In this document: one piece after another, positions 39,308 through 48,573 of the stretch | Layout: each line of letters opens with the position of its first letter | Numbering within the stretch: the stretch's first letter is position 1 | DNA from: Ramlibacter sp. | Lineage (GTDB): Bacteria > Pseudomonadota > Gammaproteobacteria > Burkholderiales > Burkholderiaceae_C | Assembly: GCA_029237735.1 (NCBI GenBank) | Contig: JAQZBU010000011.1 | Coordinates: 24,658 to 88,657, forward strand | Length of the DNA stretch: 64,000 bases | Direction of reading: 5' to 3' | The notes under the pieces: model-generated | The model's database searches: none | The model's input: the letters and a program-made list of their open reading frames with translations, nothing else | Told to the model about the DNA's origin: nothing | Translations under genes and position numbers: made by a program

Positions 39308-40396
39308 TCAAGCGAGCGAAAGGATATGACCTGTGCGCGGGTCGCCGCGCCCGGCGAGCACCTGCGCATAGGCGCGCTGGACTTCCTCGGGGCCGGCGTG
39401 ATGTTGCACTGCCAGCCACGGCTGGGGCGGCTCGGCCACGCGCATGCTGAAGGCCCGCCATGCCGCAACGAGCTTCTCACCGAGTTCTGCGGCACCCCAA
39501 TCGGCCTGGCGTTTCTTCGCCTGCGCCGGCGCGAAAAAGAGCGTGGCGCGTGGCCCTGGCAGATTCTTGGCGCCGCCCAGCTGATCCACGTGCGTCCCGC
39601 CGATGGAGCAGCTGTACTTGAGGTTGGGAAAGCGGGTGTGAATACGTCGGCGCAAATCGGCATTGCCCGCGAAATCGATGTACACGCAGGCAGCGTCCGC
39701 GGCGAGCAGGTCCAGCTCCTCGTACGCCAACACGCGGCTGTAGCAGCCCAGGCTTTCGCAGAATGCGCGGTTGGCGGGTGAAGTGAGGCCTACCACTTCG
39801 ATGCCGGGCCGCTGCTTCAGCTGGAAGGCGGTGCCGTACGCGGTCTTGCTCGATGCGCTGGAAAGAAGCATGGTCTGCGCGCCGAAGAAATCGTTGTCCG
39901 CCAAAAAGTCGTCGATCAGCCACGAGGTGACGAAGAGCGGGCGCAGCAGCGCCTGCGTGTCTTCGCTCTCAGAGGTGTAGAACGGGTCTTGATTGCAGCG
40001 CAGGTATTGGTTGTAGACGGCGTGCAGGGCTGCGCGGTGCGCCGCCGCATCCCGAAAGCCCGAAGGCGACAACCTGTCCGGTTGCAGCACGGCTTCGCTC
40101 GCCATGGGCCAGTAACCGTAGAGGCGCTCGCCCACCGCGACCCCCGCGTGGAGGGACTGCACCACCGTGCCGAAACCCCAGACCGGAATGATGCCCCAGC
40201 CAGCCTCGCCCGTCGGAAAGAACTGCCAGTAATTCATCGCCTCACCGAAGGCGGCGTAGGTGATGTTGTTGGAAGTGAGCGCGAACGAGTCCACGCGCAC
40301 GCGGATCTGTCTCTCGGCGAGCGGCGCCGGCGCGGCCGTCGAAATGCGGGTCGTTCCCAGCTGGTCCTGTCGCACGAGGAGGGTATGGGTCGTCAT
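39308..40396 (-). CDS. DUF2855 family protein
   Basis: FALTSNNITYA, IPVWGF, SASSKTA, GLTS motifs, recognised from memory. Confidence 0.8.
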   Translation of the reverse strand: MTTHTLLVRQDQLGTTRISTAAPAPLAERQIRVRVDSFALTSNNITYAAFGEAMNYWQFFPTGEAGWGIIPVWGFGTVVQSLHAGVAVGERLYGYWPMASEAVLQPDRLSPSGFRDAAAHRAALHAVYNQYLRCNQDPFYTSESEDTQALLRPLFVTSWLIDDFLADNDFFGAQTMLLSSASSKTAYGTAFQLKQRPGIEVVGLTSPANRAFCESLGCYSRVLAYEELDLLAADAACVYIDFAGNADLRRRIHTRFPNLKYSCSIGGTHVDQLGGAKNLPGPRATLFFAPAQAKKRQADWGAAELGEKLVAAWRAFSMRVAEPPQPWLAVQHHAGPEEVQRAYAQVLAGRGDPRTGHILSLA

Positions 40397-40410
40397 GCTC
40401 GCACCCTAAA

Positions 40411-40444
40411 CGAAACGGCCCGCCTGTTCAAGACAAGCGGGCCG
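40411..40444 (-). terminator. Terminator-like hairpin after ohr
   Basis: CGGCCCGC...GCGGGCCG stem with a TTTCGTTT tail on the minus strand. Confidence 0.55.
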
Positions 40445-40476
40445 CGCGGGTGACAGGTGGCTCAGGGCCGGCTGAC

Positions 40477-40893
40477 TTACGCCAGCGCGATCTTCACGTC
40501 GATGTTGCCGCGCGTGGCGTTGGAGTAGGGGCACACCTTGTGCGCGGCGTCGATCAGGGCGTGGGCTGCCGCACGGTCCATGCCGGGCAGGCTGACGCTC
40601 ATGCGCACGGCAATGCCGTAGGCGTTGGCGACAGGGCCCAGGTCTACCTCGGCGTCCACGGCCAGGTCGGACGGCAGCGCAACCTTCGTCTTGCTGGCGA
40701 CGGCCTTCAACGCGCCGATGAAGCAGGCGGAATAGCCGGCCGCGAAGAGCTGCTCGGGGTTGGTGCCGCTGCCGCCCATGCCGGGAGGAGAGAGCTTGAT
40801 GTCGAGGCGGCCGTCATCGGTGCGCGAGGCGCCGTCGCGGCCGCCAGTGGTGTGAGCCTTGGCGGTGTAGAGGACTTTGTCGAGTTGGGACAT
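40477..40893 (-). CDS. ohr: Organic hydroperoxide resistance protein
   Basis: [29 protein letters not shown]. Confidence 0.96.
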   Translation of the reverse strand: MSQLDKVLYTAKAHTTGGRDGASRTDDGRLDIKLSPPGMGGSGTNPEQLFAAGYSACFIGALKAVASKTKVALPSDLAVDAEVDLGPVANAYGIAVRMSVSLPGMDRAAAHALIDAAHKVCPYSNATRGNIDVKIALA

Positions 40894-40965
40894 GCTTGTT
40901 CCTTGAAGGTTGACTTCGAAAACGAAGTGGGATTGCGAAAGGGAAAAACGGAAAAGGGAAGCGGT

Positions 40966-41412
40966 TCAGCCGGCCAGGCGCTCGCGCAGGCCGCGAATCT
41001 GGCGGGTGAGCTGCACCAGCTCGGGGATCGAGCACTGGCTGGCGGCCAGGATGCAGCCGGGAATCTTCTGGGCCCTGGCCTTGAGTTTGCGTCCGGCGGC
41101 GGTGAGGGTAATGTGCACACGGCGCTCGTCCTGGACATCGCGGATGCGGGCGATCAGGCCGGCGGCTTCCAGGCGCTTGAGCAGCGGGGTCAGCGTACCG
41201 GAGTCGAGAGACAGCCGTTCGCCGAGCTCGGAGACCATCAGGCCGTCGCGCTCCCACAGCACCAGCATTGCCAGGTATTGCGGATACGTGATGCCCAGCT
41301 CGTCCAGCAGGGGCTTGTACAGCTTGGTCATGGCCAACGAGGCTGAATACAGCGCGAAGCACAGCTGGTTGTCCAGCAGCAGGGCCTTGTCGGGATCGAT
41401 GCTCTTCACCAT
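40966..41412 (-). CDS. ohrR: Organic hydroperoxide-sensing MarR regulator
   Basis: QLCFALYS with the sensing Cys, [14 protein letters not shown]; adjacent to ohr. Confidence 0.93.
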   Translation of the reverse strand: MVKSIDPDKALLLDNQLCFALYSASLAMTKLYKPLLDELGITYPQYLAMLVLWERDGLMVSELGERLSLDSGTLTPLLKRLEAAGLIARIRDVQDERRVHITLTAAGRKLKARAQKIPGCILAASQCSIPELVQLTRQIRGLRERLAG

Positions 41413-41419
41413 GGGTGGA

Positions 41420-41457
41420 ATTATAGCGTCAAATTAAATCGTGTGCAATTTAATTTG
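41420..41457. promoter_or_regulatory. OhrR operator palindrome next to a TATAAT -10
   Basis: CAAATTAAAT...ATTTAATTTG inverted repeat at 41430-41457; minus-strand TATAAT at 41420-41425. Confidence 0.75.
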
Positions 41458-41499
41458 ACGCCTGCGAAGACGCAAGGCGATGAGGTCCGGGCCCGAGGT

Positions 41500-44040
41500 T
41501 CAGTCCCGCAGCGCAAGGGCGGCCGCGGCATCGTCGTCGAGAGCCGAGCCCTCGTCCATCAACCGCTGGAGCGTCTCGGGCGGCAGGGCAGCCCTCAAAC
41601 CCGCGAGCAACCTGTCGCGCACCCGCATTTCCACGGGCTGGCGCTTTTCCTGGCTCGTCGCGTAGCGCATGTCGGCGCGGCCCAGGATGCGCGCCGCGTC
41701 CTGGATGCGGCCGCGCATGAAAGCCAGCCGGGCGAAAGGATCGAGGATGCACAACGCCCCGCCGGCCTGCTCGCGAAATGCCCAGGCTCGGCGCGCCATC
41801 TCCAGGGCCTCTTCCACCTGTCCCAGTTCCGTGAGGGACATGCAGAGGTTCCCGTACACATAGCCTTCACTGCAGACGGCCACGGTTCGGTCCTGCCGCA
41901 TGAGATCGAGCAATTCGCGGCCGCACGCCACGGATTCCTCAAGGCGATCAAGCGATGCAAGCGCCTGTTCCTGCGAAATGAGCGCGCCAAATGCCAGCCG
42001 GCGATCGCCCAATGCGGTGGCAAGTTCGTACAGCTGCGCGCATATCCCCACCGCATCCTCGAAACGCCCTTGGTAATTCGCCAGCCAGAACTTCGTGGAC
42101 AGAAGGGGAGCACGCAGAGCCGGCGGCCAGCTGTGATCCCACGAGTGTTCGGCCTCCAGCACGACCCGCTGCGCTTGCGCATGATCGCCCAGGATGGCGA
42201 GGGTCCGCGCCTGCTCGCAGGTCGCCGCGAACAATCGCTGCCGATCGCCAAGCGACCGGTAGATTTCAATAGCGCGCGAGTCTGCCGCCAGTTCGCGCGG
42301 CCCGATATCGGGGAACGCAATGCGCGACCACGACGCCAGGAGCATGGCTTGCGCAAGGGGCGGCGTCGCCGAATCGATCAGGGACATCGCGGCCAGGGTG
42401 CGTCGCCGACCTTCGGACCGCAAGCCGGCCTCGACCCATATCCACGCCAAGGCTGCGGTCAGTGCAACCTGCAAGGCCGCCTCCTCGGGGTGCGCTGCAC
42501 ACCAGTCGAGGGCCGCGCGCGCGTTGTCCAGATCGGGCAGATAGCGATCGTGGCGCTCCTGCCTCGGCAGGAGGTATTCGATCCGGCGGGACTCCGTGAA
42601 GACGTCAAAGATCGCCTCTGCATACCGGCGCATCACGGTGTCGGTTTCGCCCGCTTCCCCCAGCGTTTCCAGCGCGAACGCGCGCGTCGTCTCGAGCAGG
42701 TGATAGCGCTGGTGGGCGCCCGGGTCGGCGGCCACCAGCGATTTGTCGACCAGCGCGCCGAGGTGGTCGAGCACCGCCCAGTCGTCGACGTCGTTGTCGC
42801 GCGCGACCCGTTGCGCACTGGCCAGGTCGAAGCTGCCGGCGAAGACGCCGACGCGCCGGAACACCGCCTGCTCGCCCGGTGTCAGCAGGCCATGGCTCCA
42901 GGCAAGCGCCGCACGCAAGGTCTGGTGGCGCGGACGGGCTAGCCGCGAGCCTCCGGTCAGCAGCCGAAAGCGTTCGTCCAGCCGGGCGCGTAACGCCTGC
43001 AAGCCCAGCAGGGGCAGCCGAGCGGCTGCGAGTTCGATAGCCAGCGGGATGCCGTCGAGGTGACGGCAGATGTCCACGACGAGCTCGAGGCCCTTGGGGG
43101 CCAGCGCGAAGCCGGGGTCCGCGGCGCGGGCTCGCGCGAGGAACAGCGCCACGGCGCCGGCCTGGCTCGCGCCCTCGTCGAATTCGTCCTGCGGAATGTC
43201 CAGCGGACCGAGTCGATAAACCTGTTCCTGCGGAACCCTGAGCGGCTCCTGGCTGGTCGCCAGCACGGTGACGCCGGGGGCCCCGCGGCACAGCGCCGCC
43301 GAAAGCTCGGCGGCTGCGCCAGGAAGGTGCTCGCAGTTGTCGAGCACGAGCAGCATCCGCTTCGCGGCCAGGGCCTTGGCCAAGGCACCTTCGGCTTGGT
43401 CGTCGCCTCGCAGCATCACGCGAAGCACGCTTGCGACGGAGGTGGGGACGAGGGAAGCAGTTGGCACCGGGGACAGGTCTGCCAGCCACACGCCATCGAT
43501 GTAATTGCAGCGCAACTGATGGGCCACGGCCTGGGCCAGCGAAGTCTTGCCAATACCGCCGGCCCCGGCCACCGTGACGAGCCGGGAGGCCTCGACCAGC
43601 GCGCGCAGCGCGCGCATGTCCTTCTCGCGTCCGTAAAGCGGTGCCAGCTCGACCGGGAGGTTGGTCGCAAACTCAATGGGCGCCTCGGCCTGCGGGCCCG
43701 TGCTGACAGTGCGGCCACGCTCGACGAGCGTGGCGGCGTCATCTTGGTCGAGCTCTGCCGTGAACTTGTAGCCCCTTCCGGGGACGGTGGAGATCGCCCT
43801 GGGCCCCAGCACCTTGCGCAAGTTGCTGATGTGCACTTGAAGATTGTTCTCTTCGACCACCATGCCCGACCAGACCGAATCGAGCAGCTCGTCCTTTGCC
43901 ACGACGCGATCGCGGTGTTCAACCAGCGCGAGCAGCAGGTCGAACGCCCGCGAGCCAATGCGGCTTTCCTTGCCGCCCACCAGCAGGACACGCTGGGCCG
44001 GCCGCAGCTCGACGTTGCCGAATCGATAGTCGGTGGTCAT
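41500..44040 (-). CDS. Winged-helix (OmpR-type) + STAND/NB-ARC-like ATPase + helical-repeat regulator
   Basis: VEENNLQVHISNLRKVLG..TVPGRGY; GAGGIGKT, LVLDNCEH, GIPLAIELAAAR; Ala-rich TPR-like C-terminus. Confidence 0.9.
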   Translation of the reverse strand: MTTDYRFGNVELRPAQRVLLVGGKESRIGSRAFDLLLALVEHRDRVVAKDELLDSVWSGMVVEENNLQVHISNLRKVLGPRAISTVPGRGYKFTAELDQDDAATLVERGRTVSTGPQAEAPIEFATNLPVELAPLYGREKDMRALRALVEASRLVTVAGAGGIGKTSLAQAVAHQLRCNYIDGVWLADLSPVPTASLVPTSVASVLRVMLRGDDQAEGALAKALAAKRMLLVLDNCEHLPGAAAELSAALCRGAPGVTVLATSQEPLRVPQEQVYRLGPLDIPQDEFDEGASQAGAVALFLARARAADPGFALAPKGLELVVDICRHLDGIPLAIELAAARLPLLGLQALRARLDERFRLLTGGSRLARPRHQTLRAALAWSHGLLTPGEQAVFRRVGVFAGSFDLASAQRVARDNDVDDWAVLDHLGALVDKSLVAADPGAHQRYHLLETTRAFALETLGEAGETDTVMRRYAEAIFDVFTESRRIEYLLPRQERHDRYLPDLDNARAALDWCAAHPEEAALQVALTAALAWIWVEAGLRSEGRRRTLAAMSLIDSATPPLAQAMLLASWSRIAFPDIGPRELAADSRAIEIYRSLGDRQRLFAATCEQARTLAILGDHAQAQRVVLEAEHSWDHSWPPALRAPLLSTKFWLANYQGRFEDAVGICAQLYELATALGDRRLAFGALISQEQALASLDRLEESVACGRELLDLMRQDRTVAVCSEGYVYGNLCMSLTELGQVEEALEMARRAWAFREQAGGALCILDPFARLAFMRGRIQDAARILGRADMRYATSQEKRQPVEMRVRDRLLAGLRAALPPETLQRLMDEGSALDDDAAAALALRD

Positions 44041-44193
44041 GGATGACTCCCGTGCCGATTGTTGTCTTCCCGCGCATCAAGGGGCCTGCGTCCACAGAAC
44101 GCTTCAGAAAGATTAATGGCGGCTTCAAGACTTTACGTCTTGTATTGCGCAAGATAAGTCACGCGCACCGCCTATTTGAAACAGGAGGTTCCG

Positions 44194-44355
44194 ATGCACG
44201 CCCCCTTTGGCTCGTCAGTCCTGACCCACGCCCTGTCGGTCCTCGTGGCAACCATCGTTACGGCCGCGCTGTTTACGGCGATTGCGTTCGGATTGACGGG
44301 CGAGGGCGGCTGGAGCCTGCTGGCCGAGGCGCCCTTGTCGATGACAGTTGCCTAA
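44194..44355 (+). CDS. 53-aa single-TM protein (not in the ORF track)
   Basis: AGGAGG RBS; MHAPFGSSVLTHALSVLVATIVTAALFTAIAFGLTGEGGWSLLAEAPLSMTVA; fills the gap, and its stop overlaps the convergent stop. Confidence 0.65.
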   Translation: MHAPFGSSVLTHALSVLVATIVTAALFTAIAFGLTGEGGWSLLAEAPLSMTVA

Positions 44356-45161
44356 CGGCCCTTGAATCGCGCGGGGCGCCTTTCCACGAAGGAGCGCACG
44401 CCTTCGGCGGCATCCTCGGTGTTGGCCAGGTGCTGCTGTACCTCAAGGAAATCCGCCGCCGCTTCCACCGGACCATGCTCTACGGCCTTCAACGCATTCA
44501 ATCGCGTGGCCACGACGGCAAGCGGCGCCTGCTCGGCAATACGGGTGGCGATGCGAATCGCTTCCTCCAGTTCCTGACCCGTCGGTACGACGCGCTGGAC
44601 GAAGTTCAGCCGCAACGCTTCGGTGCTACCAAATTCGTCTCCCGTGAGCAGGTGCAACATTGCGTTGCCAAGGCCCGCTCGCTCAGCCATGCGCAGCGTT
44701 GCGCCACCGGTCGCCATGATCCCGCGCTTGACCTCCAGCTGCGAAAAACGGCAATCGTCCGCCGCCACGACGATGTCGGCGGCCAGCATCAGCTCTATAC
44801 CCAGCGTGAAGGTAATGCCCTTGACGGCGGCGATCATTGGCTTCTGGCGGCGCCGCAAGCCGGGCGTGCCGACGTCGGTCGGCTCAACCAGCCCCGGCGG
44901 AATCGCCTTCTCGCCGCGCTGCATCAGGGGCGCGATGGTGGGGAGATCCAGGCCCGCGGTGAAGTGCTTGCCGAACGCGTGCAGGACGCCGACTCTCAGC
45001 TCGTCGTCGTCGTCGAGCAGTGTGTACGCCTCGGCCAGCTCGCGGAACATGCGCGGCGTGAAGCCGTTGTATTTGGCCGGTCGGTTGATGCCCACCAGCA
45101 GCAGCGGCCCACGCCGCTCTGTCGTGATGGTGCCTTCGGGTGGCGGTGCGTTGTGGCTCAC
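44352..45161 (-). CDS. Crotonase / enoyl-CoA hydratase family protein
   Basis: INRPAKYN, FTAGLDL, EVKRGI, EDAAEGVRSFVERR; GTG start inferred. Confidence 0.9.
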   Translation of the reverse strand: MSHNAPPPEGTITTERRGPLLLVGINRPAKYNGFTPRMFRELAEAYTLLDDDDELRVGVLHAFGKHFTAGLDLPTIAPLMQRGEKAIPPGLVEPTDVGTPGLRRRQKPMIAAVKGITFTLGIELMLAADIVVAADDCRFSQLEVKRGIMATGGATLRMAERAGLGNAMLHLLTGDEFGSTEALRLNFVQRVVPTGQELEEAIRIATRIAEQAPLAVVATRLNALKAVEHGPVEAAADFLEVQQHLANTEDAAEGVRSFVERRPARFKGR

Positions 45162-45169
45162 CGCGCTGC

Positions 45170-46018
45170 TCAGTAGGCGTACACGCCGCGCCCCGTCTTG
45201 CGGCCGAGGCGCCCCGCCGCCACCATCTCGCGCAGCAACGGGCAAGGGCGGTATTTGGAGTCGCCGTACTCGGTGAGGTACACCTCCATCACCGCGAGGC
45301 ACACATCCAGCCCGATCATGTCGGCCAGCGCCAGCGGACCGATCGGCTGGTTGCAGCCCAACCTCATCCCGGCGTCGATATCCTCCGCGGTGGCCAGTCC
45401 CTCTGCCAGCACGAAGAAGGCCTCGTTGATCATGGGCACCAGGATCCGATTGACGACGAAGCCCGGCGCGTTCTTGACGGTGATGGGCGACTTGCCCAGC
45501 GCCACCGCGAGCGCCTTCACGGCGTCGTGCGTTGCGTCGCTGGTCTGCAGGCCGCGGATGATTTCCACCAGCGCCATCATGGGAACCGGGTTGAAAAAAT
45601 GCATGCCGATGAAGGCCTCGGGCCGCGACGTGGCGGCGGCCAGCTTGGTGATGGAGATGGACGAGGTGTTGGACGCGAGGATCACGCCGGGCGCGAGCAT
45701 CGCATCGACCTGCTTCAAGATCTTCAGCTTGAGTTCGTAGTTCTCGGTGGCGGCTTCGACCACGATCTGCGCCGCCTTCAAATCGTCGTAGTTCGTCGAG
45801 CCCTGGATCCGCGCAAGCGCGGCATCCCGGTCGGCGCCGTCGAGCTTGCCCTTCTTGACCAGCCGCTCGAGGCTGCCGCCCACGGTGGCGACACCCTTTT
45901 GCACCGCCGCGTCGTTGATGTCCACCATCACGGCGCGCAGCCCCGCGACGGCGCAAGCCTGTGCAATGCCATTACCCATCGTGCCCGCGCCGATGATGCC
46001 CACAGTTTGAATGTCCAT
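45170..46018 (-). CDS. 3-hydroxybutyryl-CoA dehydrogenase
   Basis: GAGTMGNG, EAATEN, ASNTSS, GMHFFNP, PGFVVNR. Confidence 0.93.
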   Translation of the reverse strand: MDIQTVGIIGAGTMGNGIAQACAVAGLRAVMVDINDAAVQKGVATVGGSLERLVKKGKLDGADRDAALARIQGSTNYDDLKAAQIVVEAATENYELKLKILKQVDAMLAPGVILASNTSSISITKLAAATSRPEAFIGMHFFNPVPMMALVEIIRGLQTSDATHDAVKALAVALGKSPITVKNAPGFVVNRILVPMINEAFFVLAEGLATAEDIDAGMRLGCNQPIGPLALADMIGLDVCLAVMEVYLTEYGDSKYRPCPLLREMVAAGRLGRKTGRGVYAY

Positions 46019-46061
46019 AAATTGCTCCGGATAACAGCCGGTAATGGTACAAGCTTGCCCG

Positions 46062-47744
46062 ATGACGATGAATTTCGACTACGTGATCGTGGGTGGTGGC
46101 TCGGCGGGATGCGTGCTGGCTGCTCGCCTCAGCGAAGATCCTGGGGTGAAAGTCGCGTTGCTCGAGGCCGGGCCGCCCGATAGCAGCGTGTTGATCCACT
46201 GCCCGGCCGGGCTTGCGCTGCTCGCAAAGAACGGGCAGGCCAACTGGGCTTTCCAGACCGTGCCGCAGCCCGGCCTGAACGGCCGGCGCGGGTACCAGCC
46301 GCGCGGCAAGGTGCTGGGCGGATCGAGCTCGATCAATGCCATGATCTATACGCGGGGCCATCGCTCGGACTACGACCACTGGGCCGCACAGGGCAACCCA
46401 GGCTGGGGCTGGAGCGATGTGCTCCCCTACTTCAAGCGGGCGGAGCACAACGAGCGCGGAGCCGATGATTTTCACGGCATAGGTGGCCCGCTCAATGTGA
46501 TGGACTTGCGCAGCCCTAACCGTTTCGGGCCGGTATTCATTCAGGCGGCGGTAGAGGCAGGCTACGCGCGCAACGACGATTTCAACGGCGCCCACCAGCA
46601 GGGCGTGGGCATGTATCAAGTGAACCACAAGAACGGCGAGCGTTTCAGCACGGCCAAGGCCTACCTCGCACCTGCCGTGCAGCGGCCCAACCTGCAGGTG
46701 ATCACGGATGCGCACACCACCCGCGTCCTGATGGAAGGGCGGCGTGCCGTCGGCGTCGAATACCGGCAGGGTGGCGAGCTGAAGCAGTTGAAGGCCGTAC
46801 GCGAAGTGCTGCTGTCCGCCGGCGCCCTGATGTCGCCCCAGCTCCTGATGCTCTCGGGCATCGGCCCGGCCGAGCAGCTGCAGGCCCACGGCGTGCCGGT
46901 AGTGCACGATCTGCCGGGCGTGGGCCGCAACCTGCACGACCATGTGGACGTGGTGCACGTGGTCGATGCGCCGCGCCTCACGGAGCTGTTCGGGCTGTCG
47001 CTGACGGGGGTTTGCCGTGTGGTCAAGGGCATATTCGAATGGCGCACCTTGCGCAGCGGAATGCTCACGACCAACTTTGCGGAAGCGGGTGGCTTCATCA
47101 AGAGCGACCCGGCCGAACCCGTGCCCGACCTGCAATTGCACTTCGTCGTAGGCAAGCTGGTGGACCATGGCCGCAAGACGGTGCTCGGCCACGGCTACTC
47201 CTGCCATGTGTGCCTGTTGCGGCCGGCCAGCCGCGGCAGCCTGCAGCTTGCGGGCAGCGACCCGATGGCAGCGCCGCTGATCGACCCGAATTTCCTTGGT
47301 GAGGGCGCCGACACGCGCCTGCTCGTCAAGGGCTTCCGGATCATGCGCGACATCCTGGGCCAGCCGGCGCTGGCGGGCTACGGCGGGCGCGAGCTCGAGG
47401 CTTCGGCGTCGGCGCGCAGCGACGAGGAGATCGAGCAGTTCGTGCGCGACCATGCCGACACCATCTACCACCCTGTGGGCAGCTGCCGCATGGGCAACGG
47501 ACCCGATGACGTGGTCGATGCGCAGCTGCGCGTGCACGGCGTCTCGGGCCTGCGCGTCGTGGACGCGTCGATCATGCCGCGCATCGTCGGCGGCAACACC
47601 AACGCGCCGGTGATCATGATTGCCGAGAAGGCCGCCGACATGATCAAGGCGGCCAGTCCTGACCGGGACCGTAACGCAGTTCACATCGCCGCGCCCGTCC
47701 CGGCACCGGCGCCCGAAATTAAGGAATCTTTAGGGATTGCTTAG
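46062..47744 (+). CDS. GMC family FAD oxidoreductase (choline dehydrogenase-like)
   Basis: [34 protein letters not shown]. Confidence 0.93.
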   Translation: MTMNFDYVIVGGGSAGCVLAARLSEDPGVKVALLEAGPPDSSVLIHCPAGLALLAKNGQANWAFQTVPQPGLNGRRGYQPRGKVLGGSSSINAMIYTRGHRSDYDHWAAQGNPGWGWSDVLPYFKRAEHNERGADDFHGIGGPLNVMDLRSPNRFGPVFIQAAVEAGYARNDDFNGAHQQGVGMYQVNHKNGERFSTAKAYLAPAVQRPNLQVITDAHTTRVLMEGRRAVGVEYRQGGELKQLKAVREVLLSAGALMSPQLLMLSGIGPAEQLQAHGVPVVHDLPGVGRNLHDHVDVVHVVDAPRLTELFGLSLTGVCRVVKGIFEWRTLRSGMLTTNFAEAGGFIKSDPAEPVPDLQLHFVVGKLVDHGRKTVLGHGYSCHVCLLRPASRGSLQLAGSDPMAAPLIDPNFLGEGADTRLLVKGFRIMRDILGQPALAGYGGRELEASASARSDEEIEQFVRDHADTIYHPVGSCRMGNGPDDVVDAQLRVHGVSGLRVVDASIMPRIVGGNTNAPVIMIAEKAADMIKAASPDRDRNAVHIAAPVPAPAPEIKESLGIA

Positions 47745-47772
47745 TCAATTCTTAGCGTCGCGCCCGCACTCT
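47719..47772 (+). promoter_or_regulatory. Four TTAR repeats at 11-bp period plus -10-like CACTCT
   Basis: TTAA 47719, TTAG 47730/47741/47752; hexamer 15 nt after the last repeat; overlaps the GMC 3' end. Confidence 0.6.
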
Positions 47773-47844
47773 GGTTTCTAGACTTCTCTCCCACGCAAGC
47801 CGCGCATGGTGCGCGGCACCTCAACCGAAGAGAGAGAGACCAGC

Positions 47845-48573
47845 ATGAAGATCGATCAGAAAGAAATGCAGCAGCTCGCGGCCGGCCCGGCGCCGCGCAT
47901 GGACATGTACGGCGGCATCCACAAGGCGATCCGCGCCCTGATGGCCGACACCCTGCTGGCCGTGGGCCGCATGGACGTGGGGGACGACCTGGACCTCGCC
48001 CAGGCCAGCGAGCGCGTGCTCCAGCTGCTGGACATCTGCGCCTCCCACCTGAAGCACGAGAACGAGTTCGTGCATGCCGCGATCGAGGCGCGTGCGCCCG
48101 GCGCGAGCGAGCGCATCGCCCACGAGCATGAGCAACACGAAGCGCACATCGCCGCCCTCGGCTCGGCCGTGGCCGCGCTGCGCGCCTGCCCGGCCGCGCA
48201 GCGCGCCGCCGCCGCGCAAACCCTTTACGGTGAGCTGGCCCTCTTCATTGCCGACAACTTCCAGCACATGCATGTGGAGGAGACCGCGCACAACGCCGTG
48301 CTGTGGGCCCGCTATACGGACGTCGAGCTGGTGGAAATCCACGACCGCCTGGTCGCGTCCATCCCCCCGGCCGAGATGATGATGATCGCGCGCTGGATGG
48401 TGCCGTTCATGAACCCGGCCGAGCGCGTGGGCGTGCTGTCCGGGGTGCGCCAGAACGCGCCCGCGCCGGCTTTCCAGGCCATCCTGGATACCGTGCGACC
48501 GCACTTGAGCGACAACGAGTGGGGCAAGCTCGCGCGTGCGCTGGACCTGCCCGTACCTGGCCCGGCGGCCTAA
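47845..48573 (+). CDS. Hemerythrin-like (HHE) di-iron protein
   Basis: HKAIR, HLKHE, HEHEQH and HMHVEE His/Glu pattern on helical sequence. Confidence 0.8.
   Translation: MKIDQKEMQQLAAGPAPRMDMYGGIHKAIRALMADTLLAVGRMDVGDDLDLAQASERVLQLLDICASHLKHENEFVHAAIEARAPGASERIAHEHEQHEAHIAALGSAVAALRACPAAQRAAAAQTLYGELALFIADNFQHMHVEETAHNAVLWARYTDVELVEIHDRLVASIPPAEMMMIARWMVPFMNPAERVGVLSGVRQNAPAPAFQAILDTVRPHLSDNEWGKLARALDLPVPGPAA

Noticed and set aside
41500-44040. Avs/NLR-like anti-phage STAND protein
   Set aside because: The N-terminal domain is a DNA-binding wHTH, not a nuclease, TIR or SIR2 effector, and there is no defence-island context
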